Assembly (NCBI GenBank): GCA_964016885.1
Contig: OZ024746.1
Location: 72,602,001 to 72,666,000, forward strand
From: Eledone cirrhosa
Lineage: Eukaryota
Length of the DNA stretch: 64,000 bases
Direction: 5' to 3'
The notes under the pieces are model-generated. The model was given only the letters and a program-made list of their open reading frames with translations, ran no database searches and had not been told where the DNA came from. This document shows positions 30,901 to 43,289 of the stretch, one piece after another (positions within the stretch are counted from its first letter, which is position 1; every line of letters starts with the position of its first letter). Made by a program: the position numbers and the translations under genes.

Positions 30901-33900
30901 ACAGAGTCCCCCGTTCCATTATCTGGTGGGCTTTTAGAAAACTAGGAGTAGACGAGTGGCTTGTCAGAGCAGTACAAACGGTGTATAGAGGAAACTGTAT
31001 TTCAGCTGTTTTTTTACAGCTAGATGTCCTTCCTAACACTAACCACGTTTACAGTGTGAATTTATCATCAGCTTCATCATCATTTTACATCTGGTTTTCC
31101 CTGCTTGCAAGAGTGGGACTGGTCCTCTTCAGCATTTCTCCATTCATTACAGTCCTCGTCATCTTCTCTGTAAGCTTCAGCAATCTGAGGTCAGCTCTCA
31201 CTAGCTATGCCCATGTTTTTCATGGTCTTCCTCTACTGCGTCTTCCTTCCACCGGAATTTTTTGGCACTTCTTCACCCAGCGATCATCTTCCGTATGCAT
31301 CACATGGCCATACCAATGCAGTCTTCTCTCTTGCACACTACAGTTTATGCCTCTTATACACAGTTTCGCTCTCAACTCGTCTATACTTGGTCATTCACGC
31401 ACAGTGACATTGCACATCCATCGGAGCATGCTTGCTTCATTTCTCTCCAACCATCGCATATCCTCTACAGTTGCTGCTCATGTCTCACTACCATGCAGCA
31501 TCGCGCATCTCACACAGGCATCATATAACCGACCTTTCGTTCGTAGGGAGAAACCCTTTGTTGTCAACAGAGGAAGCAGCTCCCTAAACTTCTTCTATCC
31601 TGTCCTTATTCTAGATACTATGGCCTTTGAGCATCCTCCTCCCTTGCTAATCTGATCACCTAGGTATCGGAAGCTATCAACCACCTCTATAGATCCTACT
31701 GCATTTGAAAAATGTGCCTATCACTGACACTTCTACTGTCAAATTTCCCTGTACATCTACCACATATGAAGTTTTCCCTTCCTGTTACTTTGTCTGCTAT
31801 CCCACTGCACCTCTTGTGTACCTAAGATCTGCATTATGTACATTCTACAGAGTTTATGCCAACTCCTTTTCTACATATCAAATATAGCCATTTCCCTGAT
31901 GGAATCAGAGTTTTGTCCTCTTTCCTACTTATCAGCACTTTAGTCTTTGCTAAGTTCACTCTCAGTCCTCTTGATTCTAACTGCTGTTTCCATAGCCTGA
32001 ATTTCTTCTCTAGCTGCTCTACTGATTCTGCTATGCTGTCAAAACTCAACATATATATATGTATGTGTGTATATATGTATGTGCGTGCTCGCTCAAGTCG
32101 GTATCTGGAAGATATAGGGTTCATTTCCTTATAACAGCTGCTGGCAACTTCCTTCTTTGTCTTTTAAAGGTGTTCACCCTATTTTATAAGCTATCTTTAT
32201 AGCATTTCTGTGCTTGAGTACTTTCTTTATACTTTTATATATATATTTATTTATTTATATATATAGACCCGACTGCTCTTGCATTCAAACCTACAATCAG
32301 TAGGCACCTCTTAACCCAATGTACACCCCACCCCACACACCCTACCCCATCTTCCCTTTCCCGTTCCATCCACTGTGTTAATGACACAACAGTTCACACT
32401 GTAAGGTGGTCGTGTAGGAAACACGGTAAAAAGGCTTCCAGTCCACACTGTAAATGTGGTTGGTGTTAGGAAGGGCATCCAGCTGTAAAAAAAACCTGCC
32501 AAAGACACTTCCGTACAAGCGAGATACAGTCTCCCGACCATTCCCGCATCAAATGGAACAAAACCATCTAACTCATGCTAGCGTGGAAGATGGACATTAA
32601 ATGATGATGATGATGATATATACATAATAATAATAAGGGCATAAATATCCAGCTTAATATAGGTACACTATACTCCTGCATGTCAAAAGAAGCAACTGAA
32701 AGGGTTGGCACCTGGAAGAGCATCTGGATGTAAAATTTTGCTCAAAAAGGACCTCATTGATTAGTAGGAAGATTATCATAGGGTCCACAAGGCCTTATTT
32801 AGTAGGGAGAAATGGCCTTAAAATGTTTGTTGTTGGTTGTTATCTATTTATCTTTGGTTCTTTTCCTTCAATTTTCTTCTATAACTCAGGATTGAACTCA
32901 AAATCTGTGGATCCCTAAAAGAAGAACCGTCCCTAGCTTCCATGACTTATTTGTGGTTAGAGAAGCGCCTCTTATGTAAAATAGCTCGCTGGTCCAAAAC
33001 CCAGAACCTGCGCACCAATAGTCTAACACTAAGGACTGTGTCACTAGAGGCCTACAACCAGCTCTATAATCAACTCAAGGCTAAATATGGTCCCAAGCTA
33101 ATTGAGGTAAGATCTTTGAATGGGGAAGGGGCTATTGTCATTGTACATCTACTTTCCATGCTGTCATGTGTTGAATGGGTTGTCACTGTCTGATTCTAGA
33201 TATGTTGGAGGACCAAATCTTACTCATATGTTATATATTAATAATAAATCCTCACCAAACCTTCAAACTGAATAATTTTTTTTTTAGAATATCACTTTTT
33301 CATTTTGACCTCTTTGTTTCAGGAATGGCCAGAAAGAACCGACCCCGAGAAGTTTGTCTATGAAGATATTGCCATTGCTACATTTCTATTGGTAAGTTCG
33401 TCATCATTTTTTAGAAATATGATACAAGCTATAATGCTTTAGAGTTATTTATATATACACACATAAATACACTCACATATATATATATATATGTACACGC
33501 ACATACATTCATATATACACACACATATATGCATACACACATACACAATTCTAATCATGTATGTCCTTCACATATGTGTATACATACATATATATATATT
33601 GTTTGCTTGCTTCACTTCTTTAGCTTCTGTGGGAGAAGGAACGCCAGGAGACCCAGTGTAGGAATCAGACATTTGTTGATCTTGGGTGTGGTAATGGACT
33701 TCTGGTACATCTGCTCACTTCAGAGGGAGTAAGTATGAAAGATTCAATATTCCACAATGCAATGCACCAATTCTCTCAACTATACTCCCTCCATATACAT
33801 TTATGCCCATATACAAAATTTTTCATCCACCAATGGATTGGCAGTATCGGTAGAGCATCAGACACCATACTTTGTAACATAGAATTTTGGCCCTTTACGT

Positions 33901-36900
33901 TCTGAGTTCAAATCCTGCCATGGTTAACTTTGCCTTTCATCCTTACAAGGTCGATAAAATAAAGCGTCAGTAATGCACTGGAGCCGTTGCTGGCCTTGTG
34001 CCAAAAGTAGAAACAATTATTATAAAGAAATCATTATTATTTTTTTTATTTACTGGAGCAGGATGGAATGCTTAATTGGGGCTTACCTGGAGTTAAAAAA
34101 CAATACCAACAAAGTATATCCTTTTTTTAACCCTTTTCTTACTATATTTCTAATAAGATAACATTGTCACTGATTTTCAAATAATCTTTAAAATAATCCA
34201 GAATTTGGATGGATTTTATTAATATAATTAACTTTCTCATTAGCAAGTTGGTGCTTGGAACGTAACTTAACAAAGGTTCTTAAATAGAATTATGAAGGAA
34301 GACTTTTAGATCAATATGAACACTAAACTAAAAATGTTTGTCTCATAGAACTAAGGTTGGCTTCAGACAGTTTTGGTGTCAATAGGTTTAAGATATGGTG
34401 AAATTCAAGGGAGATTTGGCTGCTATTTTTAGCAAGTCGTGTAGAGACCTGCCCCCTCACTAGCTTATCAAACATTCACACACACAGTTCTAATCAATGG
34501 GGTCTTTCTTTTCAGCATTCTGGCATTGGCATTGACATCCACAAACGAAAGATCTGGGATCTCTACGGTGATGGAACTAGATTGGAGGTAAGTGTACACA
34601 TATACACATTCATGCACGCACACATCCACACAGAGAATCGTGTATTTAATATGTATAGGGTTGCTCAGTTCTTTGTTCACTTTTTTGTAACTTGTTCTGA
34701 TTAACTTTTCTTTTCAGATAAATGATGACAGACATCAAGCTAACTCAGCAAATAAAAACGCTCGTTGTAATTGTTACTTTAAAAGCAGAGCATAGTCATT
34801 TAGAAATTGCTCACTTCCTGAAAGATGCACAATCTTAAATACCTCACTTCAATTTATATTGAGTTTTTTTCACTATGAAGGCTTCATTGTTTTATTTATT
34901 CCTCAAACATAACTTTTTTGGACGTTTATAAAATCGTAATTATGGCTGAATTGTGTAGTCGAACTTATAGTCTTGCACCTGTCTTAATCCTATGTTATAC
35001 TACTCTTGCATCTAACCTTCTTAAAATGCCTAAACCCCTAAGTTTTATTTTGAAATGCATGTTTCCTCTGCCTCCTATTACCAACCTTTTCAGCATCAAT
35101 TTTCTCCACAACTATATATGATTTTTACTGTAACTTCATTTATCTATAACCATTTATATTTTACTTTATTTTATCGCATTTTATCTGCTCCTGATTTGTT
35201 ATCTACTCCTATTTTTCACATGTATTCCGCCTCACTTGCTTGGTTACCTTATAAATATTAATGATTGCTCTTATCTAACCTCTCATAATATATATCCTCC
35301 AAATGTTCCTGAAGCAAAGGTTTGATCCTATATTGGTGTTTAAATTTGAAATAACTTGGGCTAGGATGAAACGGTCGTTAGTTATTAAATGTTTGAAAGA
35401 TTAAATACTCTTTCATTATCATTCACATTGTATATATACATATATATATATATATATAATGAGGTGGTAGAACGTTGGTAGTCTGCTGTTTCTGGTGGTG
35501 CGGTTGTTTTTATATTTGTTGTGGAGTTGTCTATGTCTGCAGATGTCCATCCAGGCGGTATTGATGTGATCTTCAATCTGGGATGCAGCTATGTCTGTCA
35601 CTTCCGTATATAGTTCACCATTGTTAAGGTGCTCATATGCCCAGCTGTCCTATGTGTCCCTCTTGATGACCCAGAATTCTTTCCCTTTGTTGGCAGGGAG
35701 GTACACGAAGTCCTTCTCTCGCATGTTATTTAGAATCAGGTGTTATTTCCTGATTTTCTTGATGCAGAATTTCCATAAGTAGTCTAGTGACTGCCTGAGG
35801 TTTGGTAAGTAGAAGCATGTTGGGATGTGTATGTTCTTGATTGTGTTGGATATTAGATTGTTTTTGAGAAAACGTTTTAGAAAGTTGATTTGGCAACCGA
35901 CATTGGCACGTTTCTATATGTATATATATATTCATACACACACGCACGTGTGTGTGTATTTTTATATATACACTCTCACACGTACACACACACTCTAAAA
36001 CCATATTCCAAAAATAGAATTTCTTTTACAGCCCTACTGTTGCCAATCCCATAGAATTTGTCTCCAGCTTACAATTCCCCCTTCGCCACTCCCATTAACA
36101 CAATTGAGATACAAACACGTTTACAGAATATTTCCTTTGTCCCTAAAAACAATTTTGTTCTATGTGAAAAAACACACCTATCACCACTGCTGCTGCTGAA
36201 TTGTGTTCAATTTAGTTTATTGCCGCTAAGACATCAGGGGCACCAAACGTTATGTCTGATATAGTGTGTTGGGGATTAACATCACTGATACAGCCCAGAT
36301 CAACCATAACAGTATTGTTTCTTGCAGTATCCTACCCATGGTTTTGGCATTATCTTGGAGAGTGCTGTTTTCATCAATTAGAGAACCAACAGTCGAGACA
36401 ATAACCTTGTGTTTTTTCGCAAATGAAAAGAACACTTTGGGGTTGAGTTTGATTTTGTCAATTGTCCATTTCTCTTCAGCTGTTCTGGTTATTGATGATG
36501 GTTTTCATGCATTGTTGGAGATTATATTTTTTTTATTCAAGCAGTGTGATGGCCGTCAAATGTGTGTGTTGCTTTTGGCAGTATTTTAGTTTGATAATAG
36601 TTTTTGTTTTGGGGGATTCTACACTTAGTTTTGCACATATGTTTGTGACAGTGTCTACAAGATCTGCCTAGATGTTTTGATGTTGGAGGAGATGTGTGCG
36701 TGTGTAAAAGGCCAGTCAACATGATAGCTCATTCATGATTGCATCCCAGTTGGCATTATAGAGATCGGTGGGCTGGAGACAGGTCACTAGGATTAGCTTT
36801 CGGCAGGTGGAATCTCAGGCTGCAGAGAACCATGTCATGGTATGAAAGAAGGGTTTTTTCCACTGTAATATTATGTATAGTGTTAGTGTGGTTACTAAAC

Positions 36901-39900
36901 ACTAAGTCCAAAATGTTCTCCTCATATGTTGTTGGGACAAGAAAAACTCATTCATAAAGTTGAGAAGTGACTCTACTGCTTCTTTGTCAGCGGTTGAGGT
37001 GGGAGTGCCTGGTTTCAAACTGTTTGTAGACCAATCAACACAGGGTAGATTAAAGTCTCCCATCGTAAGTATGTTACTAGAATGACACTGTTGAATAAAG
37101 CACTTAATGCTGTTAAGGCATTCTTTAAAGCGCAGTATGGGTGTTTGGGGTGGCCTATACAGCACAACTACTATCAGGTCATTGGCTTTGTTGTGCACGG
37201 TGACTGATTCATAGTGGCCATTGGAGAATGTGATATTTCCATCTGCCGTAAAGGAATCATGCAGGAAAATGGCAGTTCCACCCTTCCTTCTGTCAACACA
37301 ATCTGCGCAGATGGTTGTGAAATTCCTCACTTTCACTTCAGCTTCAAAGTGAGAGTTGTCAAGGTGGGTCTCAGTAAGGATGAAGAAAGGGATGTGGTGT
37401 GGATGGTTACCAACCTAATCGTCAATGAACTGGACCTTCCATTTTTGTGCATTGATGGAAGAGCTGACACCTTGTGCATTGAGTAGAAATGTGGAGGCTA
37501 GCGTAGTGGCTTGTTTTTGTGTTACAGACAGCAATGTGGGGAGTTGATGCACCGGGGTAATAGCATAGGATGGTGTTGTGATAGCTAGAAGGTTTTTTTG
37601 TATCTCTTTTGCCAGGTTCAACATGGCTAAAAAAGAATTTTCCTGCTTAGGGAGTAGTTTTTGACTGTTGGATAGGGTTGTAGTTTCCGCTTTTGTGTCT
37701 TTGTGAAAAGACTGGACCAGCATTACTGCAGGTGTGTGTGTTTTTACTGTGGTTTGTGTGTTGGCTTGGAGCCCTGTTTCTGTTAGTGCATCGGGTCCCT
37801 GGAAGATGAGTGAAGGAATAGTCACGCTGCAGACATAGTCACTCGCATTGGGAATATCAGCAGATTTTGGGATTCTGAGTTTTGCGTGTTTTAGCGTTCA
37901 GTTTACTATTTGGTGGTGTTGCTGTTATTGTGGGATTCATGCTTTGGGCTTGGCTGGTAGTGTTTGTATGGATTGTGCATCTAGTGCCAGATAGATGTGT
38001 AAAGATGCAGTCACTATGTGTTCAGAGCCTCTGACATAGTGAATAACAGCATATTTTGGGGTTTCTTGTTTGTGTCGTGGGAGGCGCATTCTGCTTCATA
38101 GATTTTTTTTTAGGTTTTTTATACTACAGTAGGATTGAGGTGGCGATAAGGGGGGGAGAAAACAGTGGTTTATTATTAGTAGTTGAGGTAGAAGACGATA
38201 GTGATGATAATTGTGGTGGTGAAGAGATACTATCATTCAGTAAATCAGCTATTATGTTGGAATTTAGGAGTGGCTCTTCCTGCTGTTGTTGTGCTTGACC
38301 AATATTTGAAGAGTAAATATATCAAAGTTTTTCAAAATGGCTCTGAATTAGTTTAAAAGAGACTTCAATATGTTTTAGTTTGCTGTGTATCTGCTTAATA
38401 GACCGTGTGTTGAGTATTTACTGTTTTTTTCAGCAATCTCATTCAGATACAAAGCGTTTGTTTTCTGTTTGGGTGAGAGAAACCCATGTGCTTATTAAAA
38501 GGTCAATCTCGTTTGTTGTAAGCCTGCTGGTTAGTAGTAATGTTTTTTTGTTTTTTTTAGATATATGTATATATTCTTTATGTGTCACCTTGGGGACAAT
38601 CTTTCAAGTGGCCAGTGGTTTGGTGGTCAGATGAGGATTCAGGACCCACCTGCATCACTTTTTTTTCCCCAATGAGAATGATGGACATAACATCATATAG
38701 ATGTTATAGTTCTCGATGGGAAATGACCAGGCCACACACACACAAACTTATACATTTATTTCTATTTCCAGTTAAGGACTTTAACACCATCAGCTGACTC
38801 CTTGTTTCCAGAACATGACTGGATAATTGGTAACCATAGTGATGAATTGACTCCTTGGATACCAGTTATTGCAGCCAGGCAAGTTGTGGGTCGCTTTTGC
38901 TTATATCTATATTGAAAGACATATCTTGTGGAGATTTGAATAACTCTCCCTGCCTTTGCCTTTGATGAAACTGAAGTTTAAATATTTTGTAAAATTGTAG
39001 GAAGCTCAAATGCAGAAATAGCTGTAAAACAGCTGCCCGATACAATGATCATATCAAAGAGTCGGGTTAAACAAAGCTTCTTAATGAATGGAAGAGTGGT
39101 CATAGAAGAAAAGTTAAAGAAAAAAAAAAATGGTAGGAAGGAAAAAGAACAAATGGAATAGTATATGATGAGAGATGGGAGTGAGAAAAAAAAGAGGGAA
39201 TGAAAGCAATGGAGAAGTAAGAGTGGAATAACATAAAAAAACGAACTATAGCATTGGAGCCTCTTCAGCTTCCTTCTAGTCACATTAAGAGGTTTTATTT
39301 AACCTAACTCTTTGCTATGACCATCGTAACAGCTGGCTGTTTTACAGCAGTGATTTGACAAAGTCTTTAGAGCATCTAATTAAAATGCATTACAGTATTT
39401 GTTCCAGCTCGCTGCATTCTGAACTCAAATGTAATCAACTTTCCCCTCCCTACAAATTGCTGGGCTTGGGCCTAAATTTGAAATCATTCCCAGTATCTAA
39501 CTGGTATATTATTTTATCAACCCCAGAAGTGCAAAAAGCAGCAGATTTAATATATGATTAATGTGATCAAAGACATTTGTTTTACAGGTCATCCTACAAC
39601 TGTCGTTTTTTTGTACTGCCATGTTGTCTGTTTGATTTCGACGGTAAATACAACAAGACAAGCCCAAATTCGTCCAATTACCACACCTACTTGAACTACA
39701 TCAAAACAATTATTACAGTTTGTGGCTTTCAAGTTGAAGAAGATGTCCTGCGTATACCATCAACCAAGCAAGTATGTCTGCCATACTATGTTACAACTGT
39801 TTATCCAACACTGATGAGGGCAGGGGGTAAATATAAAATGTATGTGTGTTTACACACACTTTATTGTACAAATAGGAGAAACAAAACTCAGTGCATAGGT

Positions 39901-41875
39901 AGAGTGATATATATTTTATTATAGATGCAAAGCTAAACTAGTGACTTAAGGGCCAGTAGTTTCATACCTAAAGGCACTTGTTCAAATTCTTTAATGATAC
40001 TGATGGTGGTGGTGTTGATGATCTTTTCTCTTTCTCTACCAGAATTGCTTCTATGGAAAAACACGAACATATTGTCAATCAGAAGAAATAATTGTTGATC
40101 AGAGACGAACAGAATTTATTGAGAATCACTGTTCCAAGGAGGTGTTGCCAAACAAAGATCAAGTTTCTTCCAATACAATTTCATCCGATCTGACCAAAAT
40201 GAAAGATGCTAAAAACTGGTCAGATAACTTCAAGCCAAGACCAGCCCCCAAAAAATCTGGATTATTCAACTCAGTCTCTTGGGACATTAAAAAAGGAGTT
40301 GTTGATATAGTAGTAGAAAAAATTCTAGCAGATGATGACAGCTTTATCAGTCTTCCTGATGGAAGAGTGTGGCACAAGGGAGGTAAGTGATATTGATGAC
40401 GGGTGGATACTGTTTTTCTATACTGGGGTGGGTTGGACGGAACATTTTAAGGTAAAAGAGTATATAGATATACATATTACAGGCATTCTTACAGTTTCCA
40501 TCTACCAAGGCTAAAGTAGAAGACGCCCAAGATACCATGCAGTAGAATAGAACTCAAAACTATAAGGTTGCTGAGCAAAACTTCTTAACAACGCAACATA
40601 ACCTACTAGTGATGCTTCATATTGTAAAGTAAACTTTGACCCTTCTTCTTAAGCTACACTTCCCTTTATATATATATATATATGCCATAAACAACTACTG
40701 ACCCTATACCATTCTTCCATCAGGAGAAATACCACTGTCAGAAGTTGCTCAACTTCTTGATCAAGACACTCTAAATTCTTTGAAGGCCATAAATGGTGGC
40801 CTCCAGACACTATTACGCAAATTTAGTCATATTTTCAAAGGTAAGTAGATTATATAATTTAAAATCTCCTGTTTAACACATTCATTGCCCTGTTTAATTC
40901 ACCATCCTGAATTACCATCAATAGATTATATCTTAGTGAGATTTGTTTCATTTGAAAGCACAATCCTTAGACCAGACAGCATATTGTATCCTTCAACAAG
41001 GCACTTCATTTCGCATTGTTCCAATACCTTTCTCTCTCCCTTCGGTCATGAATGACCATGAGATTTGCACCTAGACAGTTCCCCCTCCAAGGCACAAGAA
41101 AAGGCAAGGTTATATGTGGAAGACCAGCAGTTGCCCATGCATTCCAGTCTTCCCTCTCCATGCCACCGATGTTGTCCAAGGCAAAGGTTGATACCGCAAC
41201 ATCATGATTGTAAGCCCAATACTCTAACCACTAAGCCATGCACCTCCAATATACTCAGCTAGAGAAGGAGTAGTAGCAGCAGCTGGAAGTTAACCTTGGT
41301 GTCTTGCACTCACTCTTAACACCACATGAAACTAGAATAAGCTTCAGCCTGATGAGCCTCTGGGATTGAGATCAGCTTTAAATTAAACTAATTTTTCATC
41401 TATGTTACACATTAAAAAATACATAAATAACTTTAGTATTAATCAAAGATTCTAATATAAAATTATGATGGAAGGTTTTTAGATAAATATAAACACTTTA
41501 AAACAAATAGTTTGGTATCAAAAGGGTTAAGAAATGTTCCAAATAACAGCTTAATAACTAGTAAGTTACTTATATTACTGCCACCACCCTGCCTCCTTAC
41601 CCATTCTTATAAGCAGTATCTTTCATTAGAAATATAATAAAAGGATTTAATATTATAGTTTTCTCTTTTCAGTGATTTCCAAGAGAGTAGAGCTGAGGGA
41701 TTACACACAACCATGGCAACAGAGGAGGAAAGTGAAGAGAAAGAACACTACCAAACTTTACAAGTCCTCACTTTGTTGGTTTTATCAAAACCATCCTGAT
41801 GGTTGCCCAGTGAGCAAGGAAGGGTGCAATTTTGCCCATGGAGAAGAAGAATTGAGAGAAAAGACACTTCAGTGA
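18873..41875 (+). CDS. TRMT44: tRNA (uracil-O(2)-)-methyltransferase TRMT44/METTL19, 11 coding exons, 766 aa as reconstructed: join(18873..19635,28094..28217,32890..33106,33323..33391,33624..33728,34516..34587,38772..38878,39588..39771,40043..40382,40724..40840,41673..41875)
   Basis: Exons join in one open frame (2301 nt including stop) with matching phases. Family motifs: VWLNKPHVVNRRL, WPERTDPEKFVYEDIAIA, FVDLGCGNGLLV (SAM-binding), GNHSDELTPWIPV, FFVLPCC, LRIPSTK, GGLQTLLR and a C-terminal CCCH zinc finger. The start ATG is the least certain part. Confidence 0.93.
20891..24620 (-). mobile_element. RTE-clade LINE, near full length, frameshifted (APE + RT + PHD finger), in TRMT44 intron 1
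   Basis: APE motifs (GDLNGHIG, QIDYIL), RT motifs (QFGF, FVDLEKAFDRVPR, YADD), LRWYGH, GRPRKTW; (TGA)n-type tail at about 20891-20910. Confidence 0.93.
25110..25156 (-). ncRNA. Hammerhead-like motif in PLE pLTR (CCGAUGA variant)
   Basis: tgct CCGATGA ttccaaat-gggt-gtttggaa GAAAC gatt GTC agca. Confidence 0.65.
26943..27260 (+). mobile_element. tRNA-derived SINE family B with RTE-like 3' end (other copies about 10240..10365, 17070..17225, 40970..41030, 42150..42290 -, 48000..48260 -)
   Basis: tggcttagtggttagagc A box, gagttcaattc B box, ccttgagcaagacacttta core; 3' part matches the RTE 3' UTR; A-rich tail. Confidence 0.8.
28094..28217 (+). CDS. TRMT44: TRMT44 exon 2 (DQLRQEFHFCPIAR...SDSGS)
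   Basis: ttttcag acceptor, AG|GTGAG donor; phase 1 in and phase 2 out bridge exons 1 and 3 without stops. Little recognisable protein similarity. Confidence 0.72.
29100..30866 (+). mobile_element. RTE LINE, 5'-truncated and decayed
   Basis: ORFs 29064..29660, 29793..30029, 30397..30699 (QFGF, LLYADDL, LRWYGH); tgatgatgat tail. Confidence 0.9.
31066..32035 (-). mobile_element. RTE LINE 3' fragment, inverted relative to the 29.1-30.9 kb copy (short + strand RT piece at 30885..30990)
   Basis: Antisense of KTKVLISRKEDK, GRLYDAC, HGSETW, GRRSRGRP.KTW; tail at 31066-31082. Confidence 0.88.
32280..32618 (+). mobile_element. RTE 3'-UTR fragment with (TGA)n tail
   Basis: Matches the 3' ends of other RTE copies (gtggttggtgttaggaagggcatccagc ... 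atgatgatga). Confidence 0.75.
32890..33106 (+). CDS. TRMT44: TRMT44 exon 3 (RIELK...WLEKRLLCKIARWS...YNQLKAKYGPKLIE)
   Basis: cag acceptor after pyrimidine tract, GAG|GTAAG donor; W..LL.K...WS and Y..LK.KY motifs. Confidence 0.9.
33323..33391 (+). CDS. TRMT44: TRMT44 exon 4 (EWPERTDPEKFVYEDIAIATFLL)
   Basis: Canonical AG/GT sites; hallmark Trm44 motif. Confidence 0.95.
33624..33728 (+). CDS. TRMT44: TRMT44 exon 5 (LLWEKER...FVDLGCGNGLLVHLLTSEG)
   Basis: Canonical splice sites; SAM-binding motif I DLGCGNG. Confidence 0.95.
34516..34587 (+). CDS. TRMT44: TRMT44 exon 6 (HSGIGIDIHKRKIWDLYGDGTRLE)
   Basis: ttttcag / GAG|GTAAGT; G.GID..KRKIWD motif. Confidence 0.95.
36200..38630 (-). mobile_element. 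CR1-like LINE 5' portion (ORF1 remnant + APE), decayed, in TRMT44 intron 6
   Basis: LLNAQG, LTETHL, KGGTAIFL, VLYRPP, MGDFNLPCVDW, LDLVF, NPKVFFSFAKK. Confidence 0.82.
38772..38878 (+). CDS. TRMT44: TRMT44 exon 7 (LRTLTPSADSLFPEHDWIIGNHSDELTPWIPVIAA), GC donor
   Basis: ttccag acceptor; GNHSDELTPW motif; donor AG|GCAAGT at 38879. Confidence 0.92.
39588..39771 (+). CDS. TRMT44: TRMT44 exon 8 (RSSYNCRFFVLPCC...LRIPSTKQ)
   Basis: tttacag / CAA|GTATGT; LPCC and LRIPSTK motifs. Confidence 0.93.
40043..40382 (+). CDS. TRMT44: TRMT44 exon 9 (NCFYGKTRTY...FKPRP...GRVWHKG)
   Basis: Pyrimidine tract + ccag; G|GTAAGT donor; in frame with ORF 40142..40390. Confidence 0.88.
40724..40840 (+). CDS. TRMT44: TRMT44 exon 10 (GEIPLSEVAQLL...GGLQTLLRKFSHIFK)
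   Basis: Canonical sites; GGLQTLLR motif. Confidence 0.92.
41673..41875 (+). CDS. TRMT44: TRMT44 exon 11, C-terminal CCCH zinc finger, stop TGA
   Basis: ttttcag acceptor; CWFYQNHPDGCPVSKEGCNFAHG. Confidence 0.93.
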
Positions 41876-43289
41876 CATATAGAGAAAAAGTAGTGAAAGA
41901 ATTATCTCACTAAGAGAGAAAAGGAAAGAAATATGTCTGTGTACACAGTTGTATTTTTATATAAATGATCTTTTTGTTTTTCTAAAATGTTTCCTTTTTC
42001 TTATATACAAACAGCATTGTTGTTCCAGCTCACACCTATGCAAGTTTATCTGGCCTCCTAGGGGTTTTTTTTCAACATTTTAATGATAGAGACCCAAGTC
42101 CTATCATGAAAAGACTACACCCTAAACTAAACACCAGTCCATTGCAAGGGTTAATACTCAGCTGTTCCTGCTGGTACCCATTTTTCAGCTTAGTGGACCG
42201 GAGCAACATGAAATGAAGCATCTTGTTCAAGGAATCAAACCAACAACTTTATGATTCTGATTTCAACACCATAACCACTAAGTCATGCACCTTCATTAGT
42301 AGTGAATCTACTTCAGAACCCTTAATTCTAGAGGATACCCATAACAGCTCAAGCTTCAAAATGTAAGAGAAAGGTATCCCTAAACCAGAGACCTGGAACT
42401 AATAACACAAGGCATTTTGTTCTATGCTCTAACTACCATTGCCAATTCATTTCCCTGGGCTGGTACTTTATTTTATCAACCTCAAAAGCATGATAGGCAA
42501 CCTTTTTAATTGCCTCTTATAGCATACATGGATACAGTAATATACCTATTCTAAATGTTTAAAATAATTTTAAAAAGAGGTTGGCTACTATTCAAAAAAT
42601 AAAATTCTCTAAAAGAATTTAAACAAAGGTTAAAAAGGGAAAAAAGTTTGTAAATTAAATCAACCTAACTGGTACTAAATTTGTTAATCCTTGATATATA
42701 GGTTGTCAGAATGAAAGGCAAATTGTATGATGCCAATGTGAACCATAATGCTGCATGGATGTGAAATTTGGGCCTTGAACTCAGGATTTGCAAAACCTGG
42801 AAACGGGTGAGGTGAACATGTTCAGTTGAATGTGTAATAGTAGAGTGCATAAACAACAAAGTATTAACCCTTTGGTATTTAAACTAGCCAGAATTCTCTC
42901 ACCTTTTTCTGTTCAAATCAACCATAACTGGCCGCTCATACTGATATTATATTGATCTCAAAATAAATAATATAAAAATCTCAGATTCGATATTATGTGA
43001 GATAATTATGAGAGGTAAAGCCTTTACTGCGAAAATATAATAGTATTTATAGAGTAATGTAAATGCGAAAGGGTTAATAGGCTGAGAGAAAAACTGGGTA
43101 ATAAGAGGGATCGGATGCAGTGTAACAAGAGTGAAAACTATGTTAGTATGACCATGTGACATTTGAATTATGAGAACTGTATAAATAAAATGTATGACAC
43201 TCAAACTTAAGGGAAAACATAAGACAATGTTGGACCTCCCAGAGGTAGTGATATACAATCTAGTCAGCTGGCAATATCCCATACTACGC

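Noticed and set aside
30885-31655. 256-aa ORF
   Set aside because: Chimera of a short sense RT fragment and the antisense strand of an RTE copy.
39772-39924. Extension of TRMT44 exon 8 (VCLPYY...) past 39771
   Set aside because: VCL is the translation of the GTATGT donor. The homologous continuation (NCFYGKTRTY) is in exon 9, and read-through ends at a stop.
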